Made by a program: the position numbers and the translations under genes. The notes beneath the pieces are model-generated. The model saw only the letters and a program-made list of their open reading frames with translations. It did no database searches and was not told where the DNA came from. This document shows positions 1-9,763 of a DNA stretch of 64,000 nucleotides, one piece after another. This stretch comes from a virus. Its lineage: Duplodnaviria > Caudoviricetes. The stretch lies in the IMG/VR virus record IMGVR_UViG_3300013936_000014. One strand, 5' to 3'. How positions within the stretch are numbered: the first letter of the stretch is position 1; each line of letters starts with the position of its first letter.

Positions 1-808
1 ATTTATGAACGATGTCGTAAGGGAAAACGGCAGAGGAATTCATCTTCAAGCCTTTTTTCCCTTTCTCGAGATCAGAGAGATATTGAGAGCGTCTTGGTCC
101 ATCGTGTCTCATGAAAGCCTCTTTGTAAGCCAGATTGGCGCATGAGGGGACCGCGTTATAATCTACTTTATCCCAGTCATTCGCGCTCATATTCCGCTCG
201 ACGATGTTTAATTTGCTTCGCATTGCACGCAAGGCCTTCCTATATACCTTCGGCGCAAGGGAAAGTCTCTTTCTTATTTTTGCGGCAAGTCGCCTGGTGA
301 CCTTGCTGCTGGCATTCTCCGAAGGCAGCCACTTCGCAAGAAGAGTTACATTCTCTCCTTTAGAGAAGGCGATCATATCACGCATGAAGGTTCTTTCGAT
401 GAAATCATATGCGATATCTTGCACTGAAGCATCGACATCGTCATCCAGTAGGCAGAAAATGTCATCAGCTCTGCCATATTCCATAATATAGTCGCAAACA
501 TGGGCAATTATTTTTTCCTTTTCTTGAAATTCGCTTGCCGCAAACCTTTTAAGGCAGATTCTGAAAGTCCTTCTTTCGCCCAAACCGTTTTTGATATCGC
601 GGATATAAAACAGAAAACGAAGAACGTTCTCGTTTTTGGAATCCAATACCTTCTCAAAATCTTCCTCGATATCTTTGGACTCTTTGCGGCGATAAGAAGC
701 CAGCCTAAAGCTAAAATCAACCATTGGATCAAAGGTCGATTTGTATCCTTGCGCCCCTTTTTCGGTCACGGAGATGTTGTCGACTGCCTTCAAAAAAATG
801 TCTTCCAT
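1..808 (-). CDS. DUF2828-family (TROVE/vWA-like) protein, 3' end runs off window
   Basis: Manual translation from ATG at 808 (SD AAGGAG): MEDIFLKAVDNISVTEKGAQGYKSTFDPMVDF...LFYIRDIKNGLGERRTFR...EYGRADD...LLAKWLPSEN...VDYNAVPS. The RDIxxGxGER, YGRxDD and AKWLP motifs are typical of the family. Absent from the ORF track because there is no stop in the window. Confidence 0.8.
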   Translation of the reverse strand, partial: MEDIFLKAVDNISVTEKGAQGYKSTFDPMVDFSFRLASYRRKESKDIEEDFEKVLDSKNENVLRFLFYIRDIKNGLGERRTFRICLKRFAASEFQEKEKIIAHVCDYIMEYGRADDIFCLLDDDVDASVQDIAYDFIERTFMRDMIAFSKGENVTLLAKWLPSENASSKVTRRLAAKIRKRLSLAPKVYRKALRAMRSKLNIVERNMSANDWDKVDYNAVPSCANLAYKEAFMRHDGPRRSQYLSDLEKGKKGLKMNSSAVFPYDIVHK

Positions 809-834
809 GTTGTGCTCCTTTTTATTACTTAACC

Positions 835-863
835 ATTATATCGTCCAATATAATTCAAGTCAA
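835..863 (-). promoter_or_regulatory. sigmaA/70-type promoter for the DUF2828 gene
   Basis: TTGACT-17 nt-TATAAT on the minus strand, 27 nt upstream of the ATG. Confidence 0.75.
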
Positions 864-877
864 CCCTTTTTCGAAAA

Positions 878-1543
878 TCAGCCGAGCTCTTCCAATATGT
901 TGTCGAGCTCCGCGCACCATCTTGACCTCATGCTTTTCACCAGTTCCACATGAGCCACCCATGGGGTTTGAACGTCTTTGAATTTATCTATTACTCTCTG
1001 AAAATCACATTTGCCTTTTTTTCTTTGTTCTATATCATCTATCTGATTCATGCTGCCCAACAATATAACTTTACAATAATCACTCATTCTAGTAAGAACC
1101 GTTTTAATGGAGGCAAGGTTGAGATTCTGACATTCGTCAACAATGAGAATTGTTCCAGGAGCAAAATTTCTCCCTCGAAGAAATCCAAGTGGTTCGACAT
1201 CAACTTTCGCTTGCAACTCTCTTGGGTGCATTTTATTCGTACTATTCCTGCAAAGACTCTCAAAAGTATCATATAAAGGACTCATATAAGGCTCAAATTT
1301 ATCTTCCAAACTTCCTTTAAGGAAACCCAAAGATTTTCCAACCTCAACAGGATTTCTGGTATAAATAATCTTTCGATATTTTTTCTGATCCAAAAGTTCT
1401 AAAGCCGTCGCCATCGTGACAAAATCCTTCCCAGTACCGGCGGCACCAGTAACGATAATCACGGGGATGTCGTTCGTCATTATCAAGCGAGACGCTTCCT
1501 GTTGTTCTTCATTGCCCTTAAGGCTGATTCCTAAAACTGACAA
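878..1543 (-). CDS. phoH: PhoH-family ATPase
   Basis: GAAGTGK Walker A, LGFLKG, FLRGR, DECQN and GSMNQID motifs. Likely TTG start at 1543 after AAGGAGG. Confidence 0.9.
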   Translation of the reverse strand: MSVLGISLKGNEEQQEASRLIMTNDIPVIIVTGAAGTGKDFVTMATALELLDQKKYRKIIYTRNPVEVGKSLGFLKGSLEDKFEPYMSPLYDTFESLCRNSTNKMHPRELQAKVDVEPLGFLRGRNFAPGTILIVDECQNLNLASIKTVLTRMSDYCKVILLGSMNQIDDIEQRKKGKCDFQRVIDKFKDVQTPWVAHVELVKSMRSRWCAELDNILEELG

Positions 1544-1686
1544 ATGAGATTCCTCCTTATTTGTTTTATAACCCAAATTCTAAGAAGAAAGGGCTATTCG
1601 GCCATTCGCCGATAAAGCAAATGCGGCCAAGCCGCCTGCCCTACCGTTACCGCGCACGCCACGTGGAGGCTGGCCCAAGTACGCTT

Positions 1687-1708
1687 AAAGCCCGAATAAT
1701 CGGGCTGC
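1687..1708 (-). terminator. Probable intrinsic terminator
   Basis: AGCCCGA-TTAT-TCGGGCT hairpin followed by a short T run, just after the small ORF stop. Confidence 0.45.
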
Positions 1709-1720
1709 TCAATCACGACT

Positions 1721-1894
1721 TCAGCTGATGATGTCGTAATAAATCGGAGAGGATGTCTCTTCGATAAGATAAATAGCGTTGGCGTCATAAGTATAGCTTA
1801 CCCCCCCAACCGTCAAAGTCCCGCCACTCACCAATGTGCTCCATTGGGCCGCAGTAACTTTGTATATTTTTGTTAAATTAACACTGGATGCCAT
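1721..1894 (-). CDS. 57-aa small protein resembling the N-terminal module of the collagen fibre proteins
   Basis: Below the track cutoff. SD AAGGAGG, then MASSVNLTKIYKVTAAQWSTLVSGGTLTVGGVSYTYDANAIYLIEETSSPIYYDIIS. Confidence 0.7.
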   Translation of the reverse strand: MASSVNLTKIYKVTAAQWSTLVSGGTLTVGGVSYTYDANAIYLIEETSSPIYYDIIS

Positions 1895-1912
1895 GAAGCC
1901 CCTCCTTAATAA

Positions 1913-2713
1913 TTAGTCATCATAATTACTGATGATTTCATTATATAATTTCTCTACTTGATTTGCAATGCCATTCGGAAAATTTGAAGCAAAATAATTG
2001 CAGCATTCCTTGATTTTGTTTATCACGGACTCTTCTTCTTTTTCAGAAAAACCCTCTTCCCCGTCTTTGTATTTCATGTCTTTAAGTCGTTTTGCCAGGC
2101 CCTTATCGTAATTCGAAGAAAACAACAAGGCGTGCCCCAAATAAGCCGTGTACCAAAATTTTTCGCAGATCGAATAAGCCGAAGAAAATTTTTTATCTTC
2201 GAACGAATTGCTCAGCCCCCCATTTTTTTTATCAAACTTGGGCATTAAAAAAGAAAAGAAAGCAAATGTTGATATTTCCCTCAAATGGTCTTTGATTTTC
2301 TTCAAAACAACGCCGTGATTCCGATCTTTGCTCTTATCTAAAAAAATAAAATTCGCCCCCTTAAGGCCGAATTTTACCAAAGACGCAAGCAAAGAAAAAT
2401 CTTTGTCGTCGTCGATTCTCATTATTTCATCTTTGATGTCTCCCAAAGAAAAACCAGCCCACTGCACAAAGTTATCCGCCAATTTGATAAATTTGACGCA
2501 ATGGCGATACTCTTTATCATAACTAGATATATTATCAAAAGTGCCGTTTAAATACAAAAACAAGATGTCGTAGTCGGATTTCTCTGTGGTGAGCCCGACG
2601 ATATCACTCCCTATAACCACCTCGGCAAGAAACCCTTCGGTTTTCAAGGAATCGAGGACACTGAGAGAAGACAATTGTTCAAAAACGGCTTTTCTGTCAT
2701 TTTTGAGAGCCAT
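1913..2713 (-). CDS. Pol-beta superfamily nucleotidyltransferase-like protein
   Basis: GSDIVGLTTEKSDYD motif (GS...DxD). Start reassigned to MALKND with SD GAGGAG. Confidence 0.65.
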   Translation of the reverse strand: MALKNDRKAVFEQLSSLSVLDSLKTEGFLAEVVIGSDIVGLTTEKSDYDILFLYLNGTFDNISSYDKEYRHCVKFIKLADNFVQWAGFSLGDIKDEIMRIDDDKDFSLLASLVKFGLKGANFIFLDKSKDRNHGVVLKKIKDHLREISTFAFFSFLMPKFDKKNGGLSNSFEDKKFSSAYSICEKFWYTAYLGHALLFSSNYDKGLAKRLKDMKYKDGEEGFSEKEEESVINKIKECCNYFASNFPNGIANQVEKLYNEIISNYDD

Positions 2714-3419
2714 AATAGACGCTCCTCGTCTGCATCCAAGTCCCGACCGAGTCCACATCATCGAAAATCTCCCCACTCGGAACAACAAATTTTTCCATCT
2801 CGCCATAGTGGGGACAGAACATTTTTTTTGAAAGGTATAATCTGCCATCACATTTTTCATTGGTCCCCAAAACATATTCAATAAGATGTGTGTAATTAGC
2901 CAAACATCTTAAAGATGACATAAGATTGGAATATTTGTCTCTTATCTCTTTTTCTCCCTTTCTTATGCCAATATTCAATGAGAATTCAAGATAAGGAGAA
3001 CGATATTCGTTGATAAAAGACGCAAGATTGTCTTCTGAGAAGAACTGGCCATTAACCGCCAAAAGCCAATAATTCACCGAAAAACGCACTTTGATTTTTT
3101 TTCCGCATTTCATCGCAAGGCATCTTAAAAATGAAACTTCGCGATCAAAACCGACTCCGTTTGTTATCAATTCGACATCAGAAATTCTCTTGTCTTCCAG
3201 CAGCGCTCCCATAATGCCTTCGAATTGAGGATGCTCCAAAGGCTCTCCCCCAATAACCCTCACGGTATTAGGTAAATTTTTTGACAATGTTTCATTTAAA
3301 ACCCTTCCTAGGGTCTTCATATCAATGAAGTCATCGTTCTGAGACCTGCAGGCCAAACCGCAGAAAGGGCATTGCGCGGAACATCTGTCCGTTATATAAA
3401 GATGAATGATATTCTTCAT
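2697..3419 (-). CDS. Radical SAM protein
   Basis: CSAQCPFC (CxxxCxxC), GGEP and ITNG motifs. Confidence 0.9.
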   Translation of the reverse strand: MKNIIHLYITDRCSAQCPFCGLACRSQNDDFIDMKTLGRVLNETLSKNLPNTVRVIGGEPLEHPQFEGIMGALLEDKRISDVELITNGVGFDREVSFLRCLAMKCGKKIKVRFSVNYWLLAVNGQFFSEDNLASFINEYRSPYLEFSLNIGIRKGEKEIRDKYSNLMSSLRCLANYTHLIEYVLGTNEKCDGRLYLSKKMFCPHYGEMEKFVVPSGEIFDDVDSVGTWMQTRSVYYGSQK

Positions 3420-3985
3420 ATTTTTTTCTCCTTCCTCTTCTCTTCCAGTTTTTTGACAAACAACCCATAGTCGCCGTTTTTCGCACGTTTTATCTCTTCC
3501 AAAGAGAAGGTGCCTTCGAACAGCAAATTGAAAGCGTTCCCAAGATGATACAATTCTTTGGAAGGCATATAAGGCCCCTTCACTCTTTTGAAAAGCTCGG
3601 CCGCCGCCATCTCGCCTTTTCTTTTCGCCTCTGAAAGAACAAGGGAGAAATCAACATTATTATCCAACACACAGACATCTCCGGCTTTCACAAAGGCGAA
3701 ATTCAAATAGCCATATAAACGAGAGATGGAACAATTTGGCAAAATTGCGCACGGAAGATATTCGTCCAAGGAATTGAAAAAAAGACTGCATTTTGCGCCG
3801 CGCACCTCCCCCATCCAAACGTCAGAAGGAGCCGAATCCGCCACAATCACAACATCTATATCGCTTTTTCCATCTTCATACGTGCCATTGGCCAATGACC
3901 CCCCATAATACGCCAACAAAGGTTTCACCCCTAATGAGCGAAATTTGGGGAGAAAAACGCCAATCAATTCTTTCACATCAAGCAT
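3416..3985 (-). CDS. Pol-beta superfamily nucleotidyltransferase
   Basis: YGGSLANGTYEDGKSDIDVVIV motif. Confidence 0.8.
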   Translation of the reverse strand: MLDVKELIGVFLPKFRSLGVKPLLAYYGGSLANGTYEDGKSDIDVVIVADSAPSDVWMGEVRGAKCSLFFNSLDEYLPCAILPNCSISRLYGYLNFAFVKAGDVCVLDNNVDFSLVLSEAKRKGEMAAAELFKRVKGPYMPSKELYHLGNAFNLLFEGTFSLEEIKRAKNGDYGLFVKKLEEKRKEKKI

Positions 3986-4662
3986 TTTTCTTTTATTGTT
4001 CTCTCCCAAAAACCGTTCATATTTTTAAATGGAAAATCGTATTCATCGACATAATGCTTCAGTTTGCTCAGAAGATCCACGAGCACTACGCGATTTTCGT
4101 TTATATACGGGCCAAAATCCGTTTTGCATTTGAGGATATCGTCATCCGAGAAATCCGATAAGCCGAAATGATTTCCTAATTTCATTAAGCCGTAAATCCC
4201 CTTTTTAAGTTTGACGAATACCGCATCGGGATCGTCATTACAGCAAGAAAAAACATTTTTAAGAGACAAAATACTTATCGCTTCCTGATTTTCCCTTAAA
4301 AAAGCAATATATCTTTCCCCTTTTTCCGTAATCGCATAAAAAGAAGTCTCTTCCATAAGAGGAAGTTTCGCCCAAAATGCAGAACACCAGGGGATGCCTT
4401 TATTAGGGCCCCCGTCAAAAGAATTAAGAGAATGGAGATACCAGTGGACTTTCTCACCATTTACAAAAAGGAAACCATCTTTCGTTAAACGCCGCTCAGC
4501 GATATGATCAAGATTGCCGAAAAAAACATTAAAGTCCCAGTCTGATTGGAAGGTTCCCAAGCCAATTCCTCGACTCCCGCCAAGAGCAATCGCTATGGGT
4601 TCGCCGTTTAGGCTCTTCTTACCGAATTTTCTCCAAAACAAATAAAAATCCGAAAATGTCAT
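3973..4662 (-). CDS. Pol-beta superfamily nucleotidyltransferase
   Basis: LGGSRGIGLGTFQSDWDFNVF motif. Confidence 0.75.
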   Translation of the reverse strand: MTFSDFYLFWRKFGKKSLNGEPIAIALGGSRGIGLGTFQSDWDFNVFFGNLDHIAERRLTKDGFLFVNGEKVHWYLHSLNSFDGGPNKGIPWCSAFWAKLPLMEETSFYAITEKGERYIAFLRENQEAISILSLKNVFSCCNDDPDAVFVKLKKGIYGLMKLGNHFGLSDFSDDDILKCKTDFGPYINENRVVLVDLLSKLKHYVDEYDFPFKNMNGFWERTIKEKCLM

Positions 4663-4985
4663 TTTTCTTCTTTTTTCTCTGGGTCATTCGTCGAAGAAGA
4701 ATCGAAAATTTCATGAAAGTATGATACAACCGATTTTTTCCCCTCACCCTCGATGAGAAAATAATCATCGTTATCCCCTGTTAGGGGATTTTCCAAGCGA
4801 TCCCCTTTTTCATCAACGATCTGTTCATATAAAGATAATTGGGAAAAAACCTCCCCTGTCTTTATATTATATGCGACGGGAGCCCCTGAAACGGAATCGA
4901 TTTTACCCAGACAATGGTTTTTTATATAAAGAAAATTCTCTCCCGAATCATCTATCGGAATCTTCGTATATTTTTCGATATGCAT
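4659..4985 (-). CDS. Hypothetical protein
   Basis: ORF with SD, translationally coupled to the downstream gene. Confidence 0.6.
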   Translation of the reverse strand: MHIEKYTKIPIDDSGENFLYIKNHCLGKIDSVSGAPVAYNIKTGEVFSQLSLYEQIVDEKGDRLENPLTGDNDDYFLIEGEGKKSVVSYFHEIFDSSSTNDPEKKEEK

Positions 4986-4996
4986 ACAACCCCCCC

Positions 4997-6472
4997 TCAT
5001 GTCTCTGCTTCAACCGTAAAAGTATAGGTGATGACCCCAGATACGGCGGTGCCGTGATAACCAGACCCCGTAGGCGAAAAATATGCCTTCAGAGTATAGG
5101 TGCTGCCAGTGCTGACCGACCAAGTATTCGGGCAAGTGGCAGAAGACATCGCGGGAACCTCCACTTTCCAGTAATCAACGCGAGTTCCGCTAGTCCCTGT
5201 GCCAGAATATAAATCAAGGCTGGCGCATAGCTGAACGGCATTGTTGTTAGCAATGTCAAAAGTCACTTTCGTGGGGGCAGAATCGTCGTCATAAGACGTC
5301 GAGACGACGATAGGATTGACATAGAGGTATCCGGAATCAGGAGCCTGAAACGGATAATAGACAGATTCTGATATCTGTTTCCCACTATAGCTTCGAGAGT
5401 CGACGAAATAAAGCATAATAACATATTTTGAGCCTCTTGCCATGGTAAAAGTCGTCCCGGACCCACTGGAAGTGATCAACGTGCCCGTTCCATTGGCCGG
5501 GCAATTCGCGAGCCAATAATCGGTCCCAGAGCCTGTGGTATTGAAATATTTGACATAGCAATATTTTTGGCTGCTGTTATTATTCTTGACCGTAACCTGA
5601 AAAGAAGTTGAGGTTGCTGAAGACGGCAAGCAGCTCACGAGTTGAGGAGGGTATATCGTTGTGGTAGAAGCCTTCACAGAGGGTGACCGAGTATTGGCAT
5701 CATCGGCAGAAAGCGCAGAATTCAAATAATAATAATGCCCCCCTAGGGTGGTGGTTGAGGCAATGGCGCCGAAGTCTCCCGCCGCGCCGCTGCTTGTAGC
5801 ACCCGACCCAACTTGCGCCGAAGTGCCGGCGGCTATTGTTGTTTTGCTTCCCGTGTATTGATCATAGCAACAAGCATCAACAGAGTTGGGATTCCTCATC
5901 TTCAAAACATAATTAATTTTGCCCACGGCAAACCTATATTGGGCATAAGGCCAAGGGTTTGAAGAATCATAGCTGTTGTTTGTATAAGTAATGTCGAACG
6001 ATATTGCCGTCGGAGACGAAAATTTTTTATACACGACCAATTCGCCCAATGTCGAAGCGACGCTTTGCTCCTGATACGGGAATAAGGGATCGATGCGGGT
6101 GGCGACCGAGACGGTATTTGCCCCGGGCTTCAGTGCGCTCGATGCATCCCAGGTGTAAGACCACGAGGTGTTCGGCCCCAAGACCATGAAAGTGCCGTTG
6201 GGGAAATTCGTTTCCGCCGCCGTGCTTGAGACATTCGGATTCATACAGGACCAACTGAGCAGAACCTCCTTCACGCTATCTTTGTTGTTGACATTGGCTA
6301 TCGTGACCGTGACTTTCGTGCCATCCACCGTCATGGACGAGATAGGGTTCGGCAAAAGGCTCTCTTTGCCAGTCGTTTGGGATAATGCGAAATACTTTCC
6401 GCCGCTGTAAACCGCCATACTTTTGACATCCGAAGTCGGCTTAGTCCCGGAGTATGCTTTGTATTTTCTCAT
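4997..6472 (-). CDS. Putative virion fibre/receptor-binding protein (Ser/Thr/Tyr-rich, Ig-like beta modules)
   Basis: Beta-rich S/T composition, repeated xNxN[S/A]V motifs, last gene of the fibre cluster. Confidence 0.55.
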   Translation of the reverse strand: MRKYKAYSGTKPTSDVKSMAVYSGGKYFALSQTTGKESLLPNPISSMTVDGTKVTVTIANVNNKDSVKEVLLSWSCMNPNVSSTAAETNFPNGTFMVLGPNTSWSYTWDASSALKPGANTVSVATRIDPLFPYQEQSVASTLGELVVYKKFSSPTAISFDITYTNNSYDSSNPWPYAQYRFAVGKINYVLKMRNPNSVDACCYDQYTGSKTTIAAGTSAQVGSGATSSGAAGDFGAIASTTTLGGHYYYLNSALSADDANTRSPSVKASTTTIYPPQLVSCLPSSATSTSFQVTVKNNNSSQKYCYVKYFNTTGSGTDYWLANCPANGTGTLITSSGSGTTFTMARGSKYVIMLYFVDSRSYSGKQISESVYYPFQAPDSGYLYVNPIVVSTSYDDDSAPTKVTFDIANNNAVQLCASLDLYSGTGTSGTRVDYWKVEVPAMSSATCPNTWSVSTGSTYTLKAYFSPTGSGYHGTAVSGVITYTFTVEAET

Positions 6473-6509
6473 AAGGCCCCTCCTTTTCCGTAACACTGTA
6501 GCATAAAAG

Positions 6510-7742
6510 TCACCTCAAGTCAACCATCGTCACCGTGGGCTCGGCTGGAAGAGTGGCCGTAATGTTCGTCGACCCCACGGTCGCAAGGGTGACCGCCGAG
6601 CCCCACGCAAGGGTGGCATTCTTATTCGTCGTCGCCGGAGAGCTGATGACAATACCCCCGTTAGAATCGGTCGCGACTACCGTTCCGCCGGAGCCCTTGA
6701 TATTGAACTGCGATCTCAGCGCCCCATTCTCATAGAGTTTCAAATAAGCCTCTCCATTGTTGGTGGCCTTATTGGCTGCCGTGTCTTTTGCGCCGACATA
6801 AAGATAAGAACTCCAATGGGTATCTGTATTCGTATCCGTCCAGGGGACGCTCACCGTCATGGAGCCATCACTCGCGACGCTGACTCCATATGTCTTACCA
6901 TTTGTCGTGCCGCCTTTCACAAGTCCTTTTGCGGAATTGGTCGCCGTTCCCGGCAATTGATTGGTCGTCGCCACCGCTTGCCCATTCTTCAATACGGTGC
7001 CGTCATCCTTCACCCGTAGAAAATTCGATGCGTTGGCGGAAAGGGACCACTGCAAAGTGCCGGCCGGCGTTGTGGTCGACCCCACCCCATCATAGGCGTC
7101 CGTAACGCCGTTCATCGCCCCCAGGGTGAAGTCGAAGGCGAAATACGAATACGTCTTTATGTACAGAGTGGCGGTGCTGTTGGAGCTTGCGGAGCCAGAA
7201 GTGTACACGACAAGGTCGCACAGGCTCAATGACGCATTCCCGAGAATGGTGCCGGTGGCGGCAACGCCATCTCTGTTCGATATCATCATCGAAAGATACC
7301 CTTTGTTGCCGTTGTTCCATCCTCCTATTCTTCCATCCACGGTCAAAGAGCAGGAATTGCCGGCATTGTCTATCGGAAAGGAAGCCAGCTTGTAATAAGT
7401 GTAGGTGCCCGCGGTATTTCCGCTGTTCCCGCTCTTGTAATGCCTGCTGTTGTTCGCTTTTTTATTTAAAGCCGCTTGGGTGGCATTCGATATCGGCTTA
7501 TTCAAGTCGCTCGTGTTATCCACGTTGCCCAAGCCGACGTCGTTCTTCGTGTAAGAGAATTTATCCACCGTAAGAAACGGCAGATTCCCGACCGTCGTGG
7601 TCCCGTCGCCGACCTTCGCTTTATGAAGATCGCTGTAGTAAATGTATTCGCCTTTCAGCGGGACGAAAGCGGTCGCTTTGCCCCAATTGGCGCTTGTGTC
7701 GGCCTTTTGCTGAATGCGCGTTTTCAATTTCTTTTCTGCCAT
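6510..7742 (-). CDS. Tail fibre protein with Mtd_N/hyaluronidase-type N-terminal domain
   Basis: KTRIQQKADTSANW...PLKGE...KVGDG N-terminus; DVGLGNVDNTSD fibre repeat. Confidence 0.8.
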   Translation of the reverse strand: MAEKKLKTRIQQKADTSANWGKATAFVPLKGEYIYYSDLHKAKVGDGTTTVGNLPFLTVDKFSYTKNDVGLGNVDNTSDLNKPISNATQAALNKKANNSRHYKSGNSGNTAGTYTYYKLASFPIDNAGNSCSLTVDGRIGGWNNGNKGYLSMMISNRDGVAATGTILGNASLSLCDLVVYTSGSASSNSTATLYIKTYSYFAFDFTLGAMNGVTDAYDGVGSTTTPAGTLQWSLSANASNFLRVKDDGTVLKNGQAVATTNQLPGTATNSAKGLVKGGTTNGKTYGVSVASDGSMTVSVPWTDTNTDTHWSSYLYVGAKDTAANKATNNGEAYLKLYENGALRSQFNIKGSGGTVVATDSNGGIVISSPATTNKNATLAWGSAVTLATVGSTNITATLPAEPTVTMVDLR

Positions 7743-7949
7743 GATTGTCTCCTCCATTTATCGTTTCCAAAACTTGCAGAGATTGCCCTTCCCCATCATT
7801 CCAGAGGAAGGAGATATTCGCAATCCATCGTATTCTTGAATATGAACGACCCAAAAAGACATTGGATCGCAAATATCGCGGAACGGCCCGAAGGCGCGGG
7901 GTCTCCGCGCCTTGCGTTCCTTTTCATCCGCCCGAATAAAATCGGGCTT

Positions 7950-9701
7950 TTATTGACTTACCTTCGGCGCTCCACCGCATTCGAAGACGAACGTGACGGC
8001 GTCGTCGATTGCGATTTTCGGGGTTGCCGCATCTCCGGTGACCTTCAGACCGGTGTCTGCGGTCACGGCCGTGACCGTGCCCACTTTGTCGACGCCCGAG
8101 TGCGTCTTGATCTGAGCCTCGGCAAGCGCCTTGATGTCAGCGTCGGATTTGCCAGCGATGGTGACGGTGTTGGCCGTGGCATCCGCGGTCACGGAGACAT
8201 TGGTCCCCGCGACGATGCCGATTTCGGCATTGGCCCCGAACATGGTTTTCCCAACCTTGATCTTCTGGTTGGTGTCCTCGGCGATGGCAGGCTTGTCTTT
8301 CAGATCGTTGTAGCTGCCGGAAGTGGCGACTCCCGCCAATCCGCTGATAAGCTCGGCGCCAAGCTTGTTTTCCGCGGTGATGGCGTCTTGCTTGGCGTTC
8401 CATGTGGCGGCGCTGGCGATTCTCGCGTCGGCGAATGTGCCAGAAGCGATCTTCGCGGCATCCAATGACGGGATGTCAGAAGCGGCAAGGCTTTCGCCTT
8501 TGGTGACCAAACCTTTGGAGTCATAGGTCACTTTCGTCGCCGTCCCGGCGGTGATGCCGGCGTTTTTGGCGACATAATATCCGTCAGCCGTGGCTTTCGT
8601 CAAATGGGTTCCCTCATCGCCCAATTCGACCCAGCTCTTCGTTGTCCCGTCGTCTGTCTTCGTTTCCAAAAGGATGTATTCCTTCGTTCCGGTGACGATG
8701 AGATCGCCGTTGCTGTAATCGTCGGTGGCCGGGAGTTTGTCGACCTTGCCTTTGAAGGTCACCCCTGCTTTGATGCTGGATTGCAGATTCGCGATGGCCG
8801 TCTCATTGGCGGTGACCTTCGCGTCGTTCTCGGTCTTGTAGGAATTCAGCGCAGAAGCCGCGTCTGTGCCGGCTTTCTTCGCGTCGGCGATAGCCGCCGT
8901 GTTGGATTCCTCGAAAGTGTTGAAATCGGCCTTTGGCAAGGCGGCGTCGGCTTTCGTGCCCTGGGCCGCCGTGGCATAGGCGCCGGCATCCGTATAAGCG
9001 GCGCTGCCGAGCCCGGTCACCGCGACGTTGTCGGTGGCTTTCCCGCCGACAGTGATCTTCAGAGTGCCGTTGTCGGTTCCGGATTCCAATACGACTTCCT
9101 GATGGGACTGCAAAGCGGAATCGGCTTTGCCCAAAGATGCCTGGACATCGCTGGAGAGATCGCTCTCGGGGATGCCTCCCTCAGGCTTGGAGTATTTCGC
9201 GGCGACGGACGCGGCGAGCTCTTTCAAAGCACCGTTGACGTCTTTTGCCGTGATGCCTTCGATCTCAATGGCTTTGTCTTGCTTTCCGTCTAAAGCCGTG
9301 GACGTGAGGATGTCGCCAAGATCGACGACTCCGTTGGTCGGGCTCTTCGTCTCCCCGTTCACGGTGATGCCGGTGACGGTGCCGGTCTTCTTCAGGCCTG
9401 GGAAAGCGGATTCGGTGACGCCGACCTCAGAAGCCGTGTAAGAAGGCTTTGAGGAGGCTTTCGCCCATGCGTAGACATCCGCGGCAAGCGCGGATCCCCA
9501 CTTCAGCGCCCCCCATGCGGCTACGCCGTCCCCGACTTTGAACAAGACGGTTGGGGCAGTGGTCGCGGTAGGGTCTTTCTCAGGTATCTCAACAAAGCAT
9601 ATCTCACCTTTCTTCGGAATGAAGGTGTCGGCCACAGAATTCCAGTTTTCCAAGGTGTCATACTTGAGTTGTATCCTGGTTTTTAAAACTTTTTCTGCCA
9701 T
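7950..9701 (-). CDS. Tail fibre protein with Mtd_N-type N-terminal domain
   Basis: KTRIQLKYDTLENW...PKKGEI...FKVGDG; KPSYTASEVG and VTYDSKGLVT fibre motifs. Confidence 0.8.
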   Translation of the reverse strand: MAEKVLKTRIQLKYDTLENWNSVADTFIPKKGEICFVEIPEKDPTATTAPTVLFKVGDGVAAWGALKWGSALAADVYAWAKASSKPSYTASEVGVTESAFPGLKKTGTVTGITVNGETKSPTNGVVDLGDILTSTALDGKQDKAIEIEGITAKDVNGALKELAASVAAKYSKPEGGIPESDLSSDVQASLGKADSALQSHQEVVLESGTDNGTLKITVGGKATDNVAVTGLGSAAYTDAGAYATAAQGTKADAALPKADFNTFEESNTAAIADAKKAGTDAASALNSYKTENDAKVTANETAIANLQSSIKAGVTFKGKVDKLPATDDYSNGDLIVTGTKEYILLETKTDDGTTKSWVELGDEGTHLTKATADGYYVAKNAGITAGTATKVTYDSKGLVTKGESLAASDIPSLDAAKIASGTFADARIASAATWNAKQDAITAENKLGAELISGLAGVATSGSYNDLKDKPAIAEDTNQKIKVGKTMFGANAEIGIVAGTNVSVTADATANTVTIAGKSDADIKALAEAQIKTHSGVDKVGTVTAVTADTGLKVTGDAATPKIAIDDAVTFVFECGGAPKVSQ

Positions 9702-9727
9702 GTATTAAATCTCCTTATGAAAATTGC

Positions 9728-9754
9728 AAAAAAGGGGAGATTTCCCCTTTTTTG
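9728..9754. terminator. Bidirectional intrinsic terminator-like hairpin
   Basis: AAAAAAGGGGA-GATT-TCCCCTTTTTT. Confidence 0.55.
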
Positions 9755-9763
9755 CCAGTGATT

